Assembly (NCBI GenBank): GCA_002189035.1
Contig: NEEC01000019.1
Span: forward strand, 620,001 to 684,000
DNA length: 64,000 nucleotides
Direction: 5' to 3'
Source of the DNA: Utricularia gibba
Taxonomy: Eukaryota > Plantae > Magnoliophyta
Made by a program: the position numbers and the translations under genes. This document shows, in pieces, positions 24,238-38,904 of the stretch. The notes under the pieces were generated by a model. That model saw nothing but the letters and a program-made list of their open reading frames with translations, was not told where the DNA came from and did not search any database. Numbering within the stretch: the first letter of the stretch is position 1; every line of letters starts with the position of its first letter.

Positions 24238-27193
24238 ATGATTCCGTCCATGGCTTCGGTTTCGCAGTCCTCGGCGGCCGTCAGAGTTGACAAGGCGACC
24301 AGCGATTTCTTGATCGGACCTGATTGGGCGCTCAACATGGATATCTGCGATATGATCAATTCGAATAACATGTATGCTTTACCGTGATTTTTTTTTCATT
24401 TTTTTATGGTTCTTGGATTCGTTTTGCTTTTTGTTGGGTTTGTGGTTTCAGTTAGGGCTGTGTTTGCTTATTGCTCTTGTTGGTATGAGTTAGAAACCAT
24501 TTATCCCCGTTTCTGAGATTACAAATGGAGATTTGATTGCTGTTGCTGTGGAGGATTAAGGATTTTTTTTTTTCTGTTAGGTTGTTTCGTTTCAGCATCC
24601 TTCTGGTTTGAACATGTTGGCAAATTTTTCTTTTTTGGAAAAAAAAATAATTAAAACTGAGTTTTTTTAATAGAAAAATATAAAAATGTTATGTATTCAA
24701 AATTGGTACTATTTTTTGTGTATGCGTGTCTAGGCTAGCGAAGGATGTAGTTAAGGCAGTGAAGAAGCGGCTGCAGCACAAGAACCCCAGAGTGCAGTTA
24801 CTTGCTTTGACGGTGGGTGTGATTTCATTGACGTCTATTGTCCCATCGGTATGGAGATGTATATGAAATTATTGTGATGCTGCCTTATGATTGATATTTC
24901 AGCTTTTGGAGATGATGGTGAAGAATTGTGGTGATTATGTGCATTTTCAAATTGCAGAGCGGGATATATTACCGGAGATGGTCAAGATTGTGAGGAAAAA
25001 GGTATGATTATGATATGTTTTAAGGTGTCGGAGGCTTGTGCGTGGAGTGATGGGGGTAGTGGCTATGTGCGTTTACGTGGAGGTGATCTTTATTGAATGA
25101 GTGGTTTTCCTATGCAGGGCTATCAGACTGATTTTCAGGTAACGGATAAGATTTTGACCCTTATTGGTGCTTGGAGTGATGCACTTGGCGGGGGTTCTAA
25201 TGGAAAATATCCACAGTATCGTATGGCGTATGAAGAACTGAGGGTGATTCTTTTCATCATGGCATCTTTTATTTTGTGTTTAGATGAGTTCGTGCTGTGA
25301 TCCTTCATCTCACAAAACTGTCGATTTTGCCTTTAAGCTTTGAGATGCACACTTTTCTTGAAGAAGCGTGGTGTTCACTCTCATGTTAAATGCTCCGTGT
25401 GTTCTGTGGCAGCGTTCTGGTATACAATTTCCTCAGCGTTCAGCTGATTCTGCTCTGATTTTTACCCCGCCAGTTGTCCATCCAGCGCCAAGATACCCAC
25501 CACCAGGTCATGGAATGCCAAGCAGTTCCACTACAAGGCTTGATCAAGCCATGGCCGCAGAAGCAAATATAAGGTATCTTGACTTTTTGACATCTCATTC
25601 GTTATTTATGAAATCTTCTAATGTTTCTCAATCTTGCAGTTTGTTCACTATAACCACCATGCGTGAGGTTCATGACCTCTTGGCTGATATGCTGACAGCT
25701 GTTGATGCAAGAGATCGTTCAGTAAGTGAAATGTTCACCTAACGAATCTCTCCCTTTTCGTGATGTTGGTGAACACCTTTTTCATCATTCTTATTTTCTT
25801 GTAGTCCATCAAAGACGAAGTGATTGTGGATCTTGTTGAGCAATGCCGAGTCAACCAGAGGAAGTTGATGCAGTGTTTAGAGACGACTGGGTATGATCTC
25901 CTCAAGTCTCTTTGTTGTTGGTGTAAAACGGTTTTACATCAGTTCTACTATATGATGCAAACTGTTGTAGGGCAAATCGAGTTAATTCATTAGCTAAAAG
26001 TTATTGGCTGCTTCTTTTGCATTCCCCTGCTTCATTTCATTTTTCTGTGTAAATTGAACTCTGTGATTTCCTGAAAACCCGTAGGGATGAGGAGCTTCTT
26101 AGACAAGGTCTTGATTTAAATGATCACCTGCAAAATGTGCTTGCCAAACATGATGCCATTGCGTCGGGTGCTCCTCTGCCACTAGAAATGGCAACCAAAA
26201 CATCAAAACCATTGGAGAAGCATGATGCACCACCACCTGCCCAAGTCAATCCTCCTAGTGAGGCATCGGAAAATCCCAGCAATTCTCTATCCATTGTTCC
26301 TGTAGATGTGCATCACACAGATGATGAAGAGGAAGACGAGTTTGCAAAGCTTGCCCGAAGGTGAGTTAATGAATTACATTCCAGCATCCTGTCAATATTT
26401 ATAAGCAAGTGTAAACATGAAACACTTGAGACACTGGATCTTCCTGTGCAGACACTCAACGACCAGCGGTGGTGCGTTCACAGAGAAAAATGAGGCAACG
26501 CCCTCTGGCATTAGCAGTGCTCTGGTTCCAGTGTCTTCAGAGGCTGTGCAGTCCAAGGACCAAGATATCATGGGCCTTCTTAGCCTCACCTTGACAACAC
26601 CAGCAACCACATCCTCCAGTGACCAAACACCTCAGGCTCCTCCTCCTAGTAGTAGTACCCATGATAGCAACCATTTCCCTACCCCTGACATGAGATTTTC
26701 TTCCGAGGCAACCCCTGGGCACCCTGGTTTCGCCTTCAACAGCTATGTAGCTCCCTGGGCTCAGCCTCAGATACAAACCCCACCTCCTCCTCAGTTTTGG
26801 CAACCTTACACTCCCTTTCAGCCTCAAAACTTCTCAATACCTCAAGTGCCATCTCAACCTCAATTCCCAGTTCAAGTTGAACAAAAGCCACAGCATGAGT
26901 TCCAAACTTCTAGTCCAACATCGTACCCACCTCCGCCCTGGGCATATACCCCGAGTAATTATTCTAGCAGTCAAACTTCCGTGTCGGGCCAGCAAGCAAC
27001 GGGAGCAACACCCTCGTCTGCAGTCGGCCAGCTCAACTCCAGCCCCAGGTCGCAGAATGGACAGAAGCCCTTCATTCCTTCATACAAGCTGTTCGATGAT
27101 CTTGATGTGTTCAGCACCACCGGGGGACGGTTCAAGCCAACCACGAACAGCATACTAGGATCTAGCAACAACATGGTTGGGGGAAGGAAATGA
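24238..27193 (+). CDS. TOL: TOM1-like (VHS-GAT) ubiquitin receptor, TOL6/TOL7 group; 9 exons
   Basis: VHS domain: VDKATSDFLIGPDWALNMDICD, KKRLQHKNPRVQLLALTLLEMMVKNCGDY. GAT domain: KDEVIVDLVEQCR...DEELLRQGLDLND.LQ.VLAKHDAIASG. Pro/Gln-rich tail with YKLFDDLDVF. All exons join in frame. The start could be Met1 (24238) or Met5 (24250). Confidence 0.95.
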
Positions 27194-27866
27194 TGACTGC
27201 TAGTGTGTGTTTTGCGTGTGTATATGGACACTGCACGTCCCCTAGCCCTGTAGTCAGTCGATTGTTACTGTACATCTCTCGTTGTGTCCTTCAGTCATTT
27301 TCTCAGGTTGCAGGTGTAATTAATATAAACCATCAACAATGTTTCTATGTGAGAATCGAGACATGAGTTGGCCGAGTTGGGTAAAAATCAGGCAACAGGG
27401 AAATAATGTGCTAAAACGGGCTACACTGGAACTGAAACATGCAGTACAATCTCTTGAGGCAGGCAATGTTACCAGAAATAAAATATATTGATCAAAACTA
27501 TGTTAACTGTACAAATTGGACACAGAGCAGGGAGCTGTAGAAAGCAAGAGAGAAGAAGGAAGAGGCAATAAGCATACCCAAAGAAAAAATGGACCAGGCA
27601 GATTTACACAACCTATCAACAATTCCAGTGAAGGCAGGCTTGACTAACAATATCATGTCTATTTATATTTATATACGCATATGATATATCACACACCTTC
27701 AGATGCAGCTTTTCCTTCAAGCACCGCAGCTCCTAGGAGTTTTCATGTTGGTTGAACCGGAGCAGGCCAATGCGGTTGCGAGCAGAACCTGTATGTGTGT
27801 GTGCGTGATTTCTTCTTCCTCCTTTTTTTTACTGAAGCTCCAGATGATCAGCCAGTAGCAAGCTCA

Positions 27867-30800
27867 TCAGGGTGGTGAGATTTCATCAGCATATATCGAG
27901 ACGCATGCATCGGCAGCACCGGCAGCGAGCAGGAGTTGGTATGGATGAAAGGTGAGGCAGGTGACTGGTCCTATCTTCTGAGCCATGAAATTTGGATAAT
28001 ACCTGATCGTGCCTAATGGATCCCCTTCTAAATTGAAAATTTTGATAAGCTGCTTCGCTGAACCACTGGCAATGAGAGGTGCATGCCGATGGACAGCCAT
28101 GGCTGTGAGCGACCCCCTGAACGCATCAATTGTAAGGTATGTTTCCTTTTCCTTGGTACGCCTCATATCCAGGAACTGAATATTTCCGGCTTGTGAAGCA
28201 CTGACGATCTACAGTGAGAGAATTCCAACAGTAGGTCAACAATATTTACTAGGGGAAAGATGGGGAGTCGGGAGGAAGACAGTTCATCACCTTTGCTGGT
28301 TCCAGTCCAGGTTGGAAAGCAAGGTCCACAACACGTTGAGTGTGAGGTTTGGTTGAGCACACAACTCTAAGGCAGAGGAAAACATATACATTATGCTTGA
28401 TGAAGGGGACGGCCATTAAAAATATATGCCCTTACTTTTCTGGAGTGCGTATATCAAACATTTTGACATAGCCATCTACAAAACCGGCAGCAAATTGGCC
28501 TCCATGAACTTGAGAAGCAGCCTACGACGCAGCACAGACAATCAAATTGGATACTAGGGTACAACTGTCAGCCAATCATCTCAGTAGGCGAATATGAATA
28601 TAACAGTATAGCTGGGTAAGCAGCAACCACTGGAACATTCTCACGCAGGACCCAGCTCATACACAATGAGAGTTATTTAAATTCACTAATCACTTTTGCA
28701 CTCATTCCAAAACCAAATCTAGCTACACAAGAGAAGAAACATACTAGTGGGAAAACCCAAGAAACCTGATGCAAGAAACTTACCAGTCCGGAGATAGTAG
28801 AACCTGACCCCAAGGGTATGCTGGTGGCAAGTTGCTCTTTGTCAAGATCCCAAGCCATTATTGACGATATTTCACTAGACGTGAACTGGTAAACAAAGAA
28901 AGGACGAGAAGGATTAAAAGAATCCAAATAAGAGAGTAAATGAAGGAAACCCAAAGTGTAAATAATATGAATTTGAGGGCAAAACAGAAAACATAAAAGG
29001 AAATATATATGCACTATCCTATGAATTTGAAAATTAATGCATTCCAGAGGATAAGGGTTGCGAAAATAAAAAAAATAAAAAAAGTAAATGACGGGCAACA
29101 TATATATGCATTCAGATGCGAATTTCAACATCTGAAGGAATACAGACAATCCAAATATGAAAATGTAAAAACACAAAAAGGAAAATTTGGGTATGAATCT
29201 GAGGGCGTACAAGATATCCAGACTGCTGCTGCCAATCCACCACAGCATTCATACAGCGCCCCCAGGTCTGAGACCCTGAGTTGAAGCAAATGCAGTCACC
29301 AATTTCTGTTGCTCTGTCAAAGTGTAATCTTTCCAAATCCGAATACTCCCATCATCTGCAGTCAGATAAAAAGAATGTAGGTTAGTTATCCACTAGATGG
29401 ATTGTTAAATCCTTTCAAACTTGAGTCCAGATATTTACTTGAAGCAACAAGAAGCAAATTTTCATCGAGTTCATTGACAAGGCATAACTTGGAAATCCCC
29501 TTCTCAGGGTAATCATGGTTATTGAAGCTGTTGAGCAATACCGCCTCTTCATAATTCCAAACCCTAAAAAATTATCAAAAAATACTTAGAATATGATACA
29601 GCTACATAAAAGTTAGTGGGCATCGAAGTTCGCTCAGATTTTCCTACCTGATCCTTTCATTTTCATCTGATGCAATCACAATGGGTGAAAAAGGTTGGAG
29701 CAAAGCTGTCCTTGAGCCAGTTTCAAACTTCGTATCCCAACCAGCAATTTGATTATGTAGTTTACTCACAGCTGCTAACAGAATACACGATTAAAAAGAG
29801 GTCCTAGTGCGGAAAACAGTCACAAGAAACACTTACATGAGTGTTGGCATTTAACTATATGCTCTAGGGCTTGTTTCTCCCTTTCTTCCCGTCTAAAATT
29901 TACATCTTCATTATCATCAACAGAAGTAAGAAGCGGCTTTGAAAAGTGACCGCAGCTCCAATTATAAATCATTGACTGTGGGAGCAAACTACGTTCCAAA
30001 GCAGCAGAAGTTGAAGGGGAACCTAAAAGTGGATCAGCTAGTCCAGAGTCTGGGGAATTCAGGAGATGTGGCCGAAATTCTAAGGAGGAGCAAACTCTTC
30101 GGATTCCAGTTATGTAGCTTGGTCTGGGAGGGCTCACAGGAGGGGTTCTGAAAGTCAATGGCATATGACCCCTACACATCACAAGTTAACAAATAACTAG
30201 TTAAACACAATTCCACCAATAAGAAAAATGAGTAAGAGGTAAGAGAATCTAAATGAATCCATCACAACATGTGCAGTTGAAGAGAGAGAATATGTTACCG
30301 CTTAATTCAAACCAAGATGATGACCGAACTAATCCGGCAAGACTGGCACTAGATGCTACAGCTGATTCACTAGGACGAGCATTTCCACCAATGAACTTAA
30401 CTGGCTTTGTAACTACTTGCTCAATCCCAATGATGGCCAGTACTTTTCGTCCAAGATTTGCAACACGTGGAGACGGGTCCTTGGCAAGACTGCACATAGC
30501 TATTACACTTTGTGAATATAAGGCATTCTCAAGTGGCTTTGGCCTGCCATGATTGAGAACACCATTGCTAGCACAATCATTCACAGCTCCAGAGTCCGAA
30601 TGCAGAGAAGAGTCATCAGAAAGCGGTGACCCATGAATCATTCCAGCAGTGCCAACAGGGCTGCTGGTGGAAACTCTCCCATCACGACTAACCGCTGGGG
30701 TCTCGTTACCAACTTGTAACATTGGGGCAATGGATTGAACTGCACTTCCTGGTGGCATATAGTGTGGAGTTGCATAGCCAGAACCTGAACCAAAAGTTGC

Positions 30801-33800
30801 CAAAGCTGGAATTGACGTAAAAACAGAAGTAGGTTGAGATTTCTTCCCATATGCAGCAGAGGCAACTGATTTCAAGTGCTTTTTATGACCAAAAGCAAAC
30901 CGAGATAGCGCTGCACAGAAAAGTTTGATTCAAAACAGATTATTTAAGACAAAAGAATGCAAAAATAATGAAAAACCCAAATAATTAGCTGAGATATCTT
31001 TACAAACGACTGCACACTGCACATGACAGTTAAATCTCATACCCACGGCAACTTCAGCTCGCACCAATGGGCTCCCATCAGAGACCATATTTAGAAGATT
31101 CTTAATGATAATTCCTTCGGCTCTAGTTTTTTCATCATCATCACCTTCTTCATCTCCATGCACTTCTCTCAATGTGTCAAACCCAACATCAAGCAAGGTT
31201 CCAAGGGCAAACACCGAACCAGCACGAACCTTCAGAAACATTCACTTCAGTTTCCATACAAAAAAATCATGTTCAGATGTACTGTAATTTCATTGGGTGA
31301 TATTAGAAGCAAGCCAACACGTGATATACTGTAATGGAAAAAAATAGCATAAAGTCTGCATGAGACAAACCTCAGGCTGAGGCTCGGAAAGTAAGGGTGC
31401 AAGAATAGCAGGCGCATCAGCATGAAAAGCTATCATTTGCGCCTCAAAGAAGTCCTCCCACAGCTTTCCGACACACAGACATATCCACTGAAGAAACAGA
31501 GGCTCTGTTTGTGCATCATTAGGAGATGAACCCTGAAGATGCCTCATGCAGACATCAATAAGACCTGCTTCAATGCAGGCTTCTTGACCACGCCTGTGAC
31601 TGTCCACAATGACAGCCAAGACAAAAGCAGCCATTGCACGCTGCTCTGGGTAGGCTTCAACATTGTCCAGGAACCTGATGAAATATGTGTGTCCGCCATC
31701 CTTCACAAGATCAACCTGACAGGACTACAGAAGTATAGAGTTCACTACTCTGAAAATACCTCCAATTTACAGAACAAGAGGAACATATCAAATTAAAGCA
31801 GGAAGCATCAGACTAAACCAGGCTAAAATAAATATTTGAGTACGGAAAAAGCAGAGTACCGGATCATATATATCAATGCATTCAACCTCAAACAAGGAAA
31901 TAATGAGTATTCATACTACCTTATCTAAAGCCAGAATTTTTGTCCATATGAATACAAGAATTTGGCGAAGTTCAGGGGTAGTTGTCTGAAGAAGCTTCAA
32001 AACATAAGGGAATATTCCAACGGACAATGCCTGCAAATGGGAGTGACCAGTGAGTTGAACCGAAAAAAGAGATGTAGGTTCAGTCAAAAGTAAATCAATA
32101 AACGGTACCAAATCCACGGCCCAAGGTCCCATGTCTAGGAATCTGCCAAGTAGCACCAAAGCACGAAACCTATGGCATTGGCTAAGTAAAACCTATTATG
32201 TAAAAAAAAAATTGAATTGAGCAGTCTAGAATTCCAGTGCATAATACTAAATGTAATTTCAATACCTCAAGGTCCATATCTGACAAGTATTAGGATGTTG
32301 TAATTACCTGAAGAACAATTGGCAACTGCTCTGGTGGCTTTTTATGTTCTGATCCATGATCAAGCCACACCTCAAACGCCGTTAACTGTTCTGTAAAAAA
32401 TAGGCTTGGCTGCAAAACAAAATGAATGGGATGTATTAACTCAGGAGGCTGAAAGGCTTGTGTTTTTTGCATACAGTTGTCCATCCAATGAACAGAACAG
32501 TTTAATATGGAAACCTAGATAGACAAACAATAAACATGAAAGACCTGGAACTCATTATTTGGGTCCTCGACCAACTTGGGAAGCTGAGAAAGGCATATCT
32601 CAGCAGCCATATCCCATGCATCCCTAAAACAAATATAGAACTAAATATCATGGATGAGCATAAAAAAAAAAAAAGCATTGAGTTCTTGGGATATTAACCC
32701 ACCACATGTGGTGCTGGTGCGTTGGTGGCAACTTAGGATATGAAATTGGTGAACAATTAGCAGACCGCATAATCCTTTCAGCAAGCAAAAAGTTTCGAAA
32801 GAGGCTGGCAACCAAAAGGTCTTGCCTGAACAACCTCTGGAATAAGTCTGTAAATTTGAGATAGAAGCTTAGATAACCAGCAAATGATTCCTAACACAAG
32901 CCATCAGAAAAATTGGGCAAAAGCAATAATTCATTTGCTTTTTAATTACCATGCGGGAGCACATTCCAAGCAATGGTATCGGTAACAGCTGTGAATATCC
33001 AATTCAACTCCCCAAGAAGACTTTTACGGTCAGTTTGGCGTCCCGGAATTCTATCAATAAGACTATAATCAAAGGACTCGTGCAGCAGTGAGCGGGTGCA
33101 GAACCTATGGCAAAGCATTTAAACAAAATTTTTTAGTTTAGTAGCTAACAGAAGCATATGGATCCTTCACGGATTACAATCACGAACAACTCAGATAATT
33201 ATTGGAGAACAATCAATTTATTTATCACAAATGGAAACAGGATTACCATCGCAATGCCATTTTTATCGGCGTTGTGAGGCAGGACGTGAAGACATCAGCA
33301 GGGTACTCAGCACTCTGAGGTAGAGTTTCATGAGCTTCACAAGCTGCAAGTAAAATGTGGTCCTGCATAGACGGCGTAGCACTTGATGCAGAAACCTCCT
33401 GCAGCTGGCATAAACCAAGTTTTTTTTTTCATGACGCCACACTTCAAATGTATTTCAACTATCTTGAATCAGTACCTCAGTAAAGGCTTTAACAATCAAC
33501 CCAGCAGCAGAACAATCGAAAACATAGATTGATGGAGTTTTCAGCCATGAATCGAGATCACTGACTGGCAACGGAATATATTGTGTGTAACTCTACATGG
33601 AAAGGTATATTAGATAAGTTAACTGGCTCAGAAGGGAAAAAAGTTAGAAGACGCATGTGCACTGCACTGAAAAGATTTTGATGGGGGGTATACCCTGTTG
33701 AATACCCAAATTTCACCATTAAGGGTTGGCTTAGGAACACCATGCCCATTATAGTGAAATAGGACTCTTTCAGATTTGGCAGATTTTCGGCACGATGCAC

Positions 33801-34962
33801 ATAATTTCTTGACTTCTTCCACAGTTGGATCTAATGAGTACTTGTAACGCGCCTACACAAGTCCCAGAGAGTTTAAGTTGGTTTGTGCTTTAAATAAAAA
33901 CTGAGTCAGGAATTCTACATCCTTCATGTTGCTCTTCCGAGTCAAGACAACCCTATGTTACTAATAAAGGTCTATAGCTGATGAGAATAAATTTAATGAT
34001 GCCACAGGTTGCTACCTTCCTTCAGGTTGTTCTTTCCATTCAAGGTAGGTTACATAAATGTATAAGAAATATATTGATACCTTGGGTTGCCACCTCTCGT
34101 ACTGTTGACTCAGGGTTCTTCCCACCGTTTCAAGAGCTTTTTGGGGTGCCATGGAGAATGGGTCTGTAGCAATTATAATGAAAAAAAGGTTTACAGATAA
34201 CGAATAAATTTTAGGTGTCAGAACAAAGTTATCACGCACTCATCATGAAAGCACAAAAATCTATTAAGAGAACGAAATAATCTTACCAATCCAACACTCC
34301 ATCCTGGCACACGGAGATATCTTTATTACATCAGGTGGATCAACACCGATGTTTAAACATAACACAAGGGCCACACATCCTGTCTTCATCTGCCAGAAAA
34401 GACAGCACAGCATACTCAATCACATAATATCTAGTAGATGGACAAATATAACTACCAAATCAGGGATACAGAACAACAAGCTGGTTTAATAACAAATGGA
34501 GGGGGAGGGGGAGGCACGGGTGCGTTGAAACCAAGAAAACTAACATATAACACGTTTCTTTAGATTATGATTGAAACCAGGCAGAAAACAGGATCTTCTG
34601 TGTAATTTGAACAGCCAGGCAGCATTTTTTGAACTTACTCTATCACGAGGACGCCATTTTGAGACTATCCCCGTGTCTGACGGTCCAGATGGAGCACATT
34701 CCTCGAACCCATTATGCCGAAGCTCACACAACACAACCGTCTGCGGCAAATATGCAATACTCGTGGTAGTAGTCATTTCTGCGTAGCTACTACTAGCAGT
34801 ATCAGATAGATCCCGATAACTAGCACTATTCACATTGTAAACACTCCTGGCTCCATCTTCCTCCCCTACATTCCCATTCGCTGAAAACTCCTGTAAATGA
34901 TTGGTAACCACAACCGTAGACTGCGAAAACCTTGACGCCGCCATTAAATCCCCCAATGCCAT
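27867..34962 (-). CDS. RAPTOR1: Regulatory-associated protein of TOR (RAPTOR); 23 coding exons traced, one -1 frameshift at 29259-29263
   Basis: [15 protein letters not shown] start; RNC domain [39 protein letters not shown]; HEAT repeats; WD40 C-terminus [13 protein letters not shown] ... [19 protein letters not shown] ... [17 protein letters not shown]. Confidence 0.97.
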
Positions 34963-37660
34963 ACACAGAACAACCTTCCAATAAAGTTTCAGCCTTGCCC
35001 TAGCCGAAACGATCTCGGAAAGCAACTCATTATAAGAACCCTAATTACAATTAATCTAAAAACCCAACGGCCCTACATAACCATCACTTCATTCTCCAGA
35101 GAAGACAGCAAAACTCCCAGCAGAACGCGCTGAAACTTACAGGTATATGAATTAATCAATAAAATCGGTGACAGTGCAGCCCAAATACACTGGCAGAGTC
35201 GACGAATGAAGATTCCAGGTCCGCCCCGGCGACAGCTGAAACCGCGGCTGCTTCAGTTGCTGGGAAGCCGATGGTGCCCCTGATACACCCTATACTTACG
35301 TGTAAAAAGTCTATGTGCATACAGGCTCCGAGCAAGAAGGGAGGCAGAGCCGATAGAGCGAGAGATGAAAGAGGATGCTGGTAAAAGCGTCACTCTGGTG
35401 GGATTAACCTTTTATATTCACTCCTTTATTACTCACGACTATATAATATTTCACCTCCACAAAGTATTCTTCTTTACCCTAACCCTAATTTCGCATTCTT
35501 TTTAACCTACACCCAAATTATTTAACTCTTTCAAAATTACTTTGCAACAAAAGTTTTTATTAAAATGAAAGCTAATGTTAGGTCATTTTCTAATTTTTTT
35601 ATCTTTGAAATATAAATATTTTATAATAAAACTACTTGTAAAACAAAATAGGACAATGCTCGTTTGCCAAACCAGTCACCATTTGATTGGAATCCCTATA
35701 ATGCTAAGTAATTGGTTGATGACATTAAATGGATTTAAAAGTAGTATTATAAATTATAAATTAATAGATTTAAATAAGTGAGATTCTATACATTTTTTAA
35801 CTTCATATATCGTAGTTTATTTATTACAATCACTAAATTAGATTTCTAATCTTGGTAATTAAATACTATCTAAAAAATTAATCTTTCAACATAATATTTA
35901 GTTAAATCAGGCAAATTAAACTCATTTTATTTCATTTGCATCCATGAAATAGTGACCAAGTAAAAGTAATTATGAAAGGATGGGGTCCTTTTATCCCCTC
36001 TTTATAAATTCAATGTTATCGTTGAAATCTATTGATTATAGGTCTAGATTTGGTTTTCATATCAAATGTAACGATTTACTATTTACTTAGATGATATTAT
36101 TCATTTTAATCATTTAAATCTTATGATTTTACGTTCTTATCTTTTGAATAAAAGAATACATGCAAGATTAGAGAATAAAAACCCCAAGCGGGCAACAATT
36201 CCATTGAAATTCTATGTTTTGTATAAGTATGTGGTAGAACTTGTCATATTTATTGCATAGCACAGGAGGGGGGGGGGGTGGGTTTTGTGAGTAAGTGCAT
36301 TAGATGCTTTATTATGATTATCTTTCCCTAAGTAAGCACAATAATTGTGTGGGGGGCGCATTTATGAGAAATTCTATTTCTACCCCTCCACAAAAGCATA
36401 TTACATAATTCAAACATAAACGAATATAGAATGGCTGAAAAGACGGTTGAGCCCAGGAGAGCCACATGAACTCCCCACGTTTAATTAGGGTTTTGAATTT
36501 CCTACAAATAATTAAAAAAAGAAAGCAGAGGCGGGCGGGCAGGCGGTTGTAATAATTAATTTGTAAAAGTTAATTGTGGGCTGGTCTGATTGCGGGCTCC
36601 CGAAGGGGAAGCCCAGAAACGCATGAGCTGCTGCTCTTGTCTGCGCCCCTGCTGTCATTCGTACGGACCATTAGACTTTACAGCTGGGTGTGTGTGTTGG
36701 TACAAACGCTTTATTGACGGGCCCGTCATTTATTTATTATATTTAACTTCGATTACTTTGTTTAATCAAAAAATACTTGTGTGGGCTGGGATGGGCCGGA
36801 CCCAACGATTATGGGCCTGGGGTCATTTTAGGAAGAAAAGTGATTAGCTGGGTTGTCAGTGGGGTGGCCCACCAAGTGCACCGCGCGCGTTTACATGTAT
36901 TTATGACGAGAGCAACACCACAAGCGCGCACAATTGACGTAAAACCACAACTCCCTCAATCTATTTATTGCCCTTCTGCAACTATTTTTTTTAAATATAT
37001 ATTTTTAAAATATTACATACGTTAAAATTTGGAGATTAAATATGTCTAATGTGTCAAAATTTATAGACTAAATATGCTCATAGTGACTACTTCGATCATT
37101 TTCATTAAGAATTAGGAATCAATAGTTCCAATTTTTAAGAACTTTAGGGATTCATACTGTCCACTTCCCGAATTGGAACATGTTGATGCAATACGCCTCC
37201 AAATATTTTAAAAATAAATTTATTATTAAATATGAAAAATTTATATTAAAAAGATTAAAAGTTTAAAAATATTTCTTGTTATAATAAGATTAAAAGTATA
37301 TCTTAATATACATTTGGTTGAAGGGATTAATAAGATTTAATATCAAAATTACAAATTATGATGTATTAACTTTCCAAGTTTATATAAATTTAAATAACTT
37401 AAGCCTTTTTATATTAATGATGTGGACCAAACATATGCTTAATGCTTCTCTATTTTGGTAACCAGACAATAATTTAATATACTTTTTAGACATTGATGGA
37501 TGTTCAATTATGAGAAAATGGATGAATTTTGAATATTTAATCCAATATGAATTGTTTAATTGGGTTTTATTTGCATATGAAATCATTGGCATCATACTTG
37601 TGATATACAGACATTCAGACTGGATGAAGAAGGAACAGAGCATGGAGATTGGAGAGTGAG

Positions 37661-38191
37661 TTATTCAAGACAAAGGTAACGGCATCGCATGTACGTCATC
37701 GCTGTTACTGTGACCCTTATCACCTCCCCCATCTCAGTCGCGGCCCCACCACCGCCCTCCTCCCCAGCGACACACATTCTCCAGGACACCCAGTTCCTCG
37801 GTCGCCGCCGCGGGGCGTCGGTGAACATGGAGCGCGACGCGGGCAGTTCATCTTTTCTGGAGCTGAGTCTCCTCTGGAGGGCGCGGAGCAGGGGATTAGA
37901 GCTCGAGGCCTTCTGGTTGTTTCTCAGTTTGGACGCCGCGGAGCAGTAGGAGGAGGGCGGGGGCGAGAGCGGGCGGACGTGGGAATCTGCGGCGGAGACG
38001 GAGGGGTGCTTGGGAGTTCCGGGACATGTCTCCCATCCGAAAGGGACGCCGGAGGGGACAGATCTCTGGCATTGGAATCGGAAGGAAGGAGCGGTTTCCT
38101 TGGAAAGGAGACGGCGGACGAATCTGTAGTCCTCGTGGTTGATTCTGAAGGACTTTTCATGGAACTCGCCGGGCATCTTCTTCATCTTCAT
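37661..38191 (-). CDS. Plant-specific uncharacterised protein, ASG8/At5g01790-like; intronless, 176 aa
   Basis: Family motifs E.KSF.I...D.RF..RLLSKE, VPF.WE..PGTPK and RPLSPPPSSY. Confidence 0.75.
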   Translation of the reverse strand: MKMKKMPGEFHEKSFRINHEDYRFVRRLLSKETAPSFRFQCQRSVPSGVPFGWETCPGTPKHPSVSAADSHVRPLSPPPSSYCSAASKLRNNQKASSSNPLLRALQRRLSSRKDELPASRSMFTDAPRRRPRNWVSWRMCVAGEEGGGGAATEMGEVIRVTVTAMTYMRCRYLCLE

Positions 38192-38904
38192 TCATGCCCG
38201 GTCGGTCGGTTTCCTGGGAACTTGATGGGAAGTGGGCATCACACACAACTACAATATATAATAATAAATGAAGAAATATTTCCATATTGTCCCTCTCTAG
38301 TCTCTACACAAAAAACTTTCCAAAATAGATCACAAAACTACCAAAAAAATACTCTTTTTATTATTTTTTAAAAATATCTATTCTATTTCTGTTCATTTTA
38401 CAAAGCATTATTTTTAACTAAATAAAATAAATGCAATATATTACAGAGGAGAGAAGTGGAATTTACTATTTTTTTTGGGCCGAGCGAGAGTGGGCATGTT
38501 TTCCAGCAACGGGCTCCAGATAGGGCTTCCAGGTAGTTTACGTGTTGGCCCATAATACTTTCCCCATTTATTTTTGAATTCATCTATTTGTAGGCGGGCT
38601 TTCTTTTCTTGGAAATAAATAATACATTGTGGTGGGTAGAATTTAATGCATGTCCATATTTTACAATTCGGTCCAAATTTGTCGGTGTACTAGGGTTTGG
38701 TCCAGCATTGGATTCAACCAATTAAATTTGGGTTAATTGCTCCATTATTTTTTATTTTTTTTGTTAATAGAAAAATCCAGGATCATCTCTGATTGGCTCA
38801 GTGCATTAAAAATGATTTTCATCCATTTTTTTATTTACTCCGAGAATATTTTTATTTACAATAGTTTTTTGAACTAGATTAATTATTTTCATTATATTTT
38901 ATGA

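Noticed and set aside
28673-29248. 191-aa ORF inside RAPTOR
   Set aside because: Mostly intron read-through; only [18 protein letters not shown]...GL is a real exon.
37649-38371. 240-aa plus-strand ORF
   Set aside because: Antisense shadow of the GC-rich ASG8-like gene, with no motif of its own.
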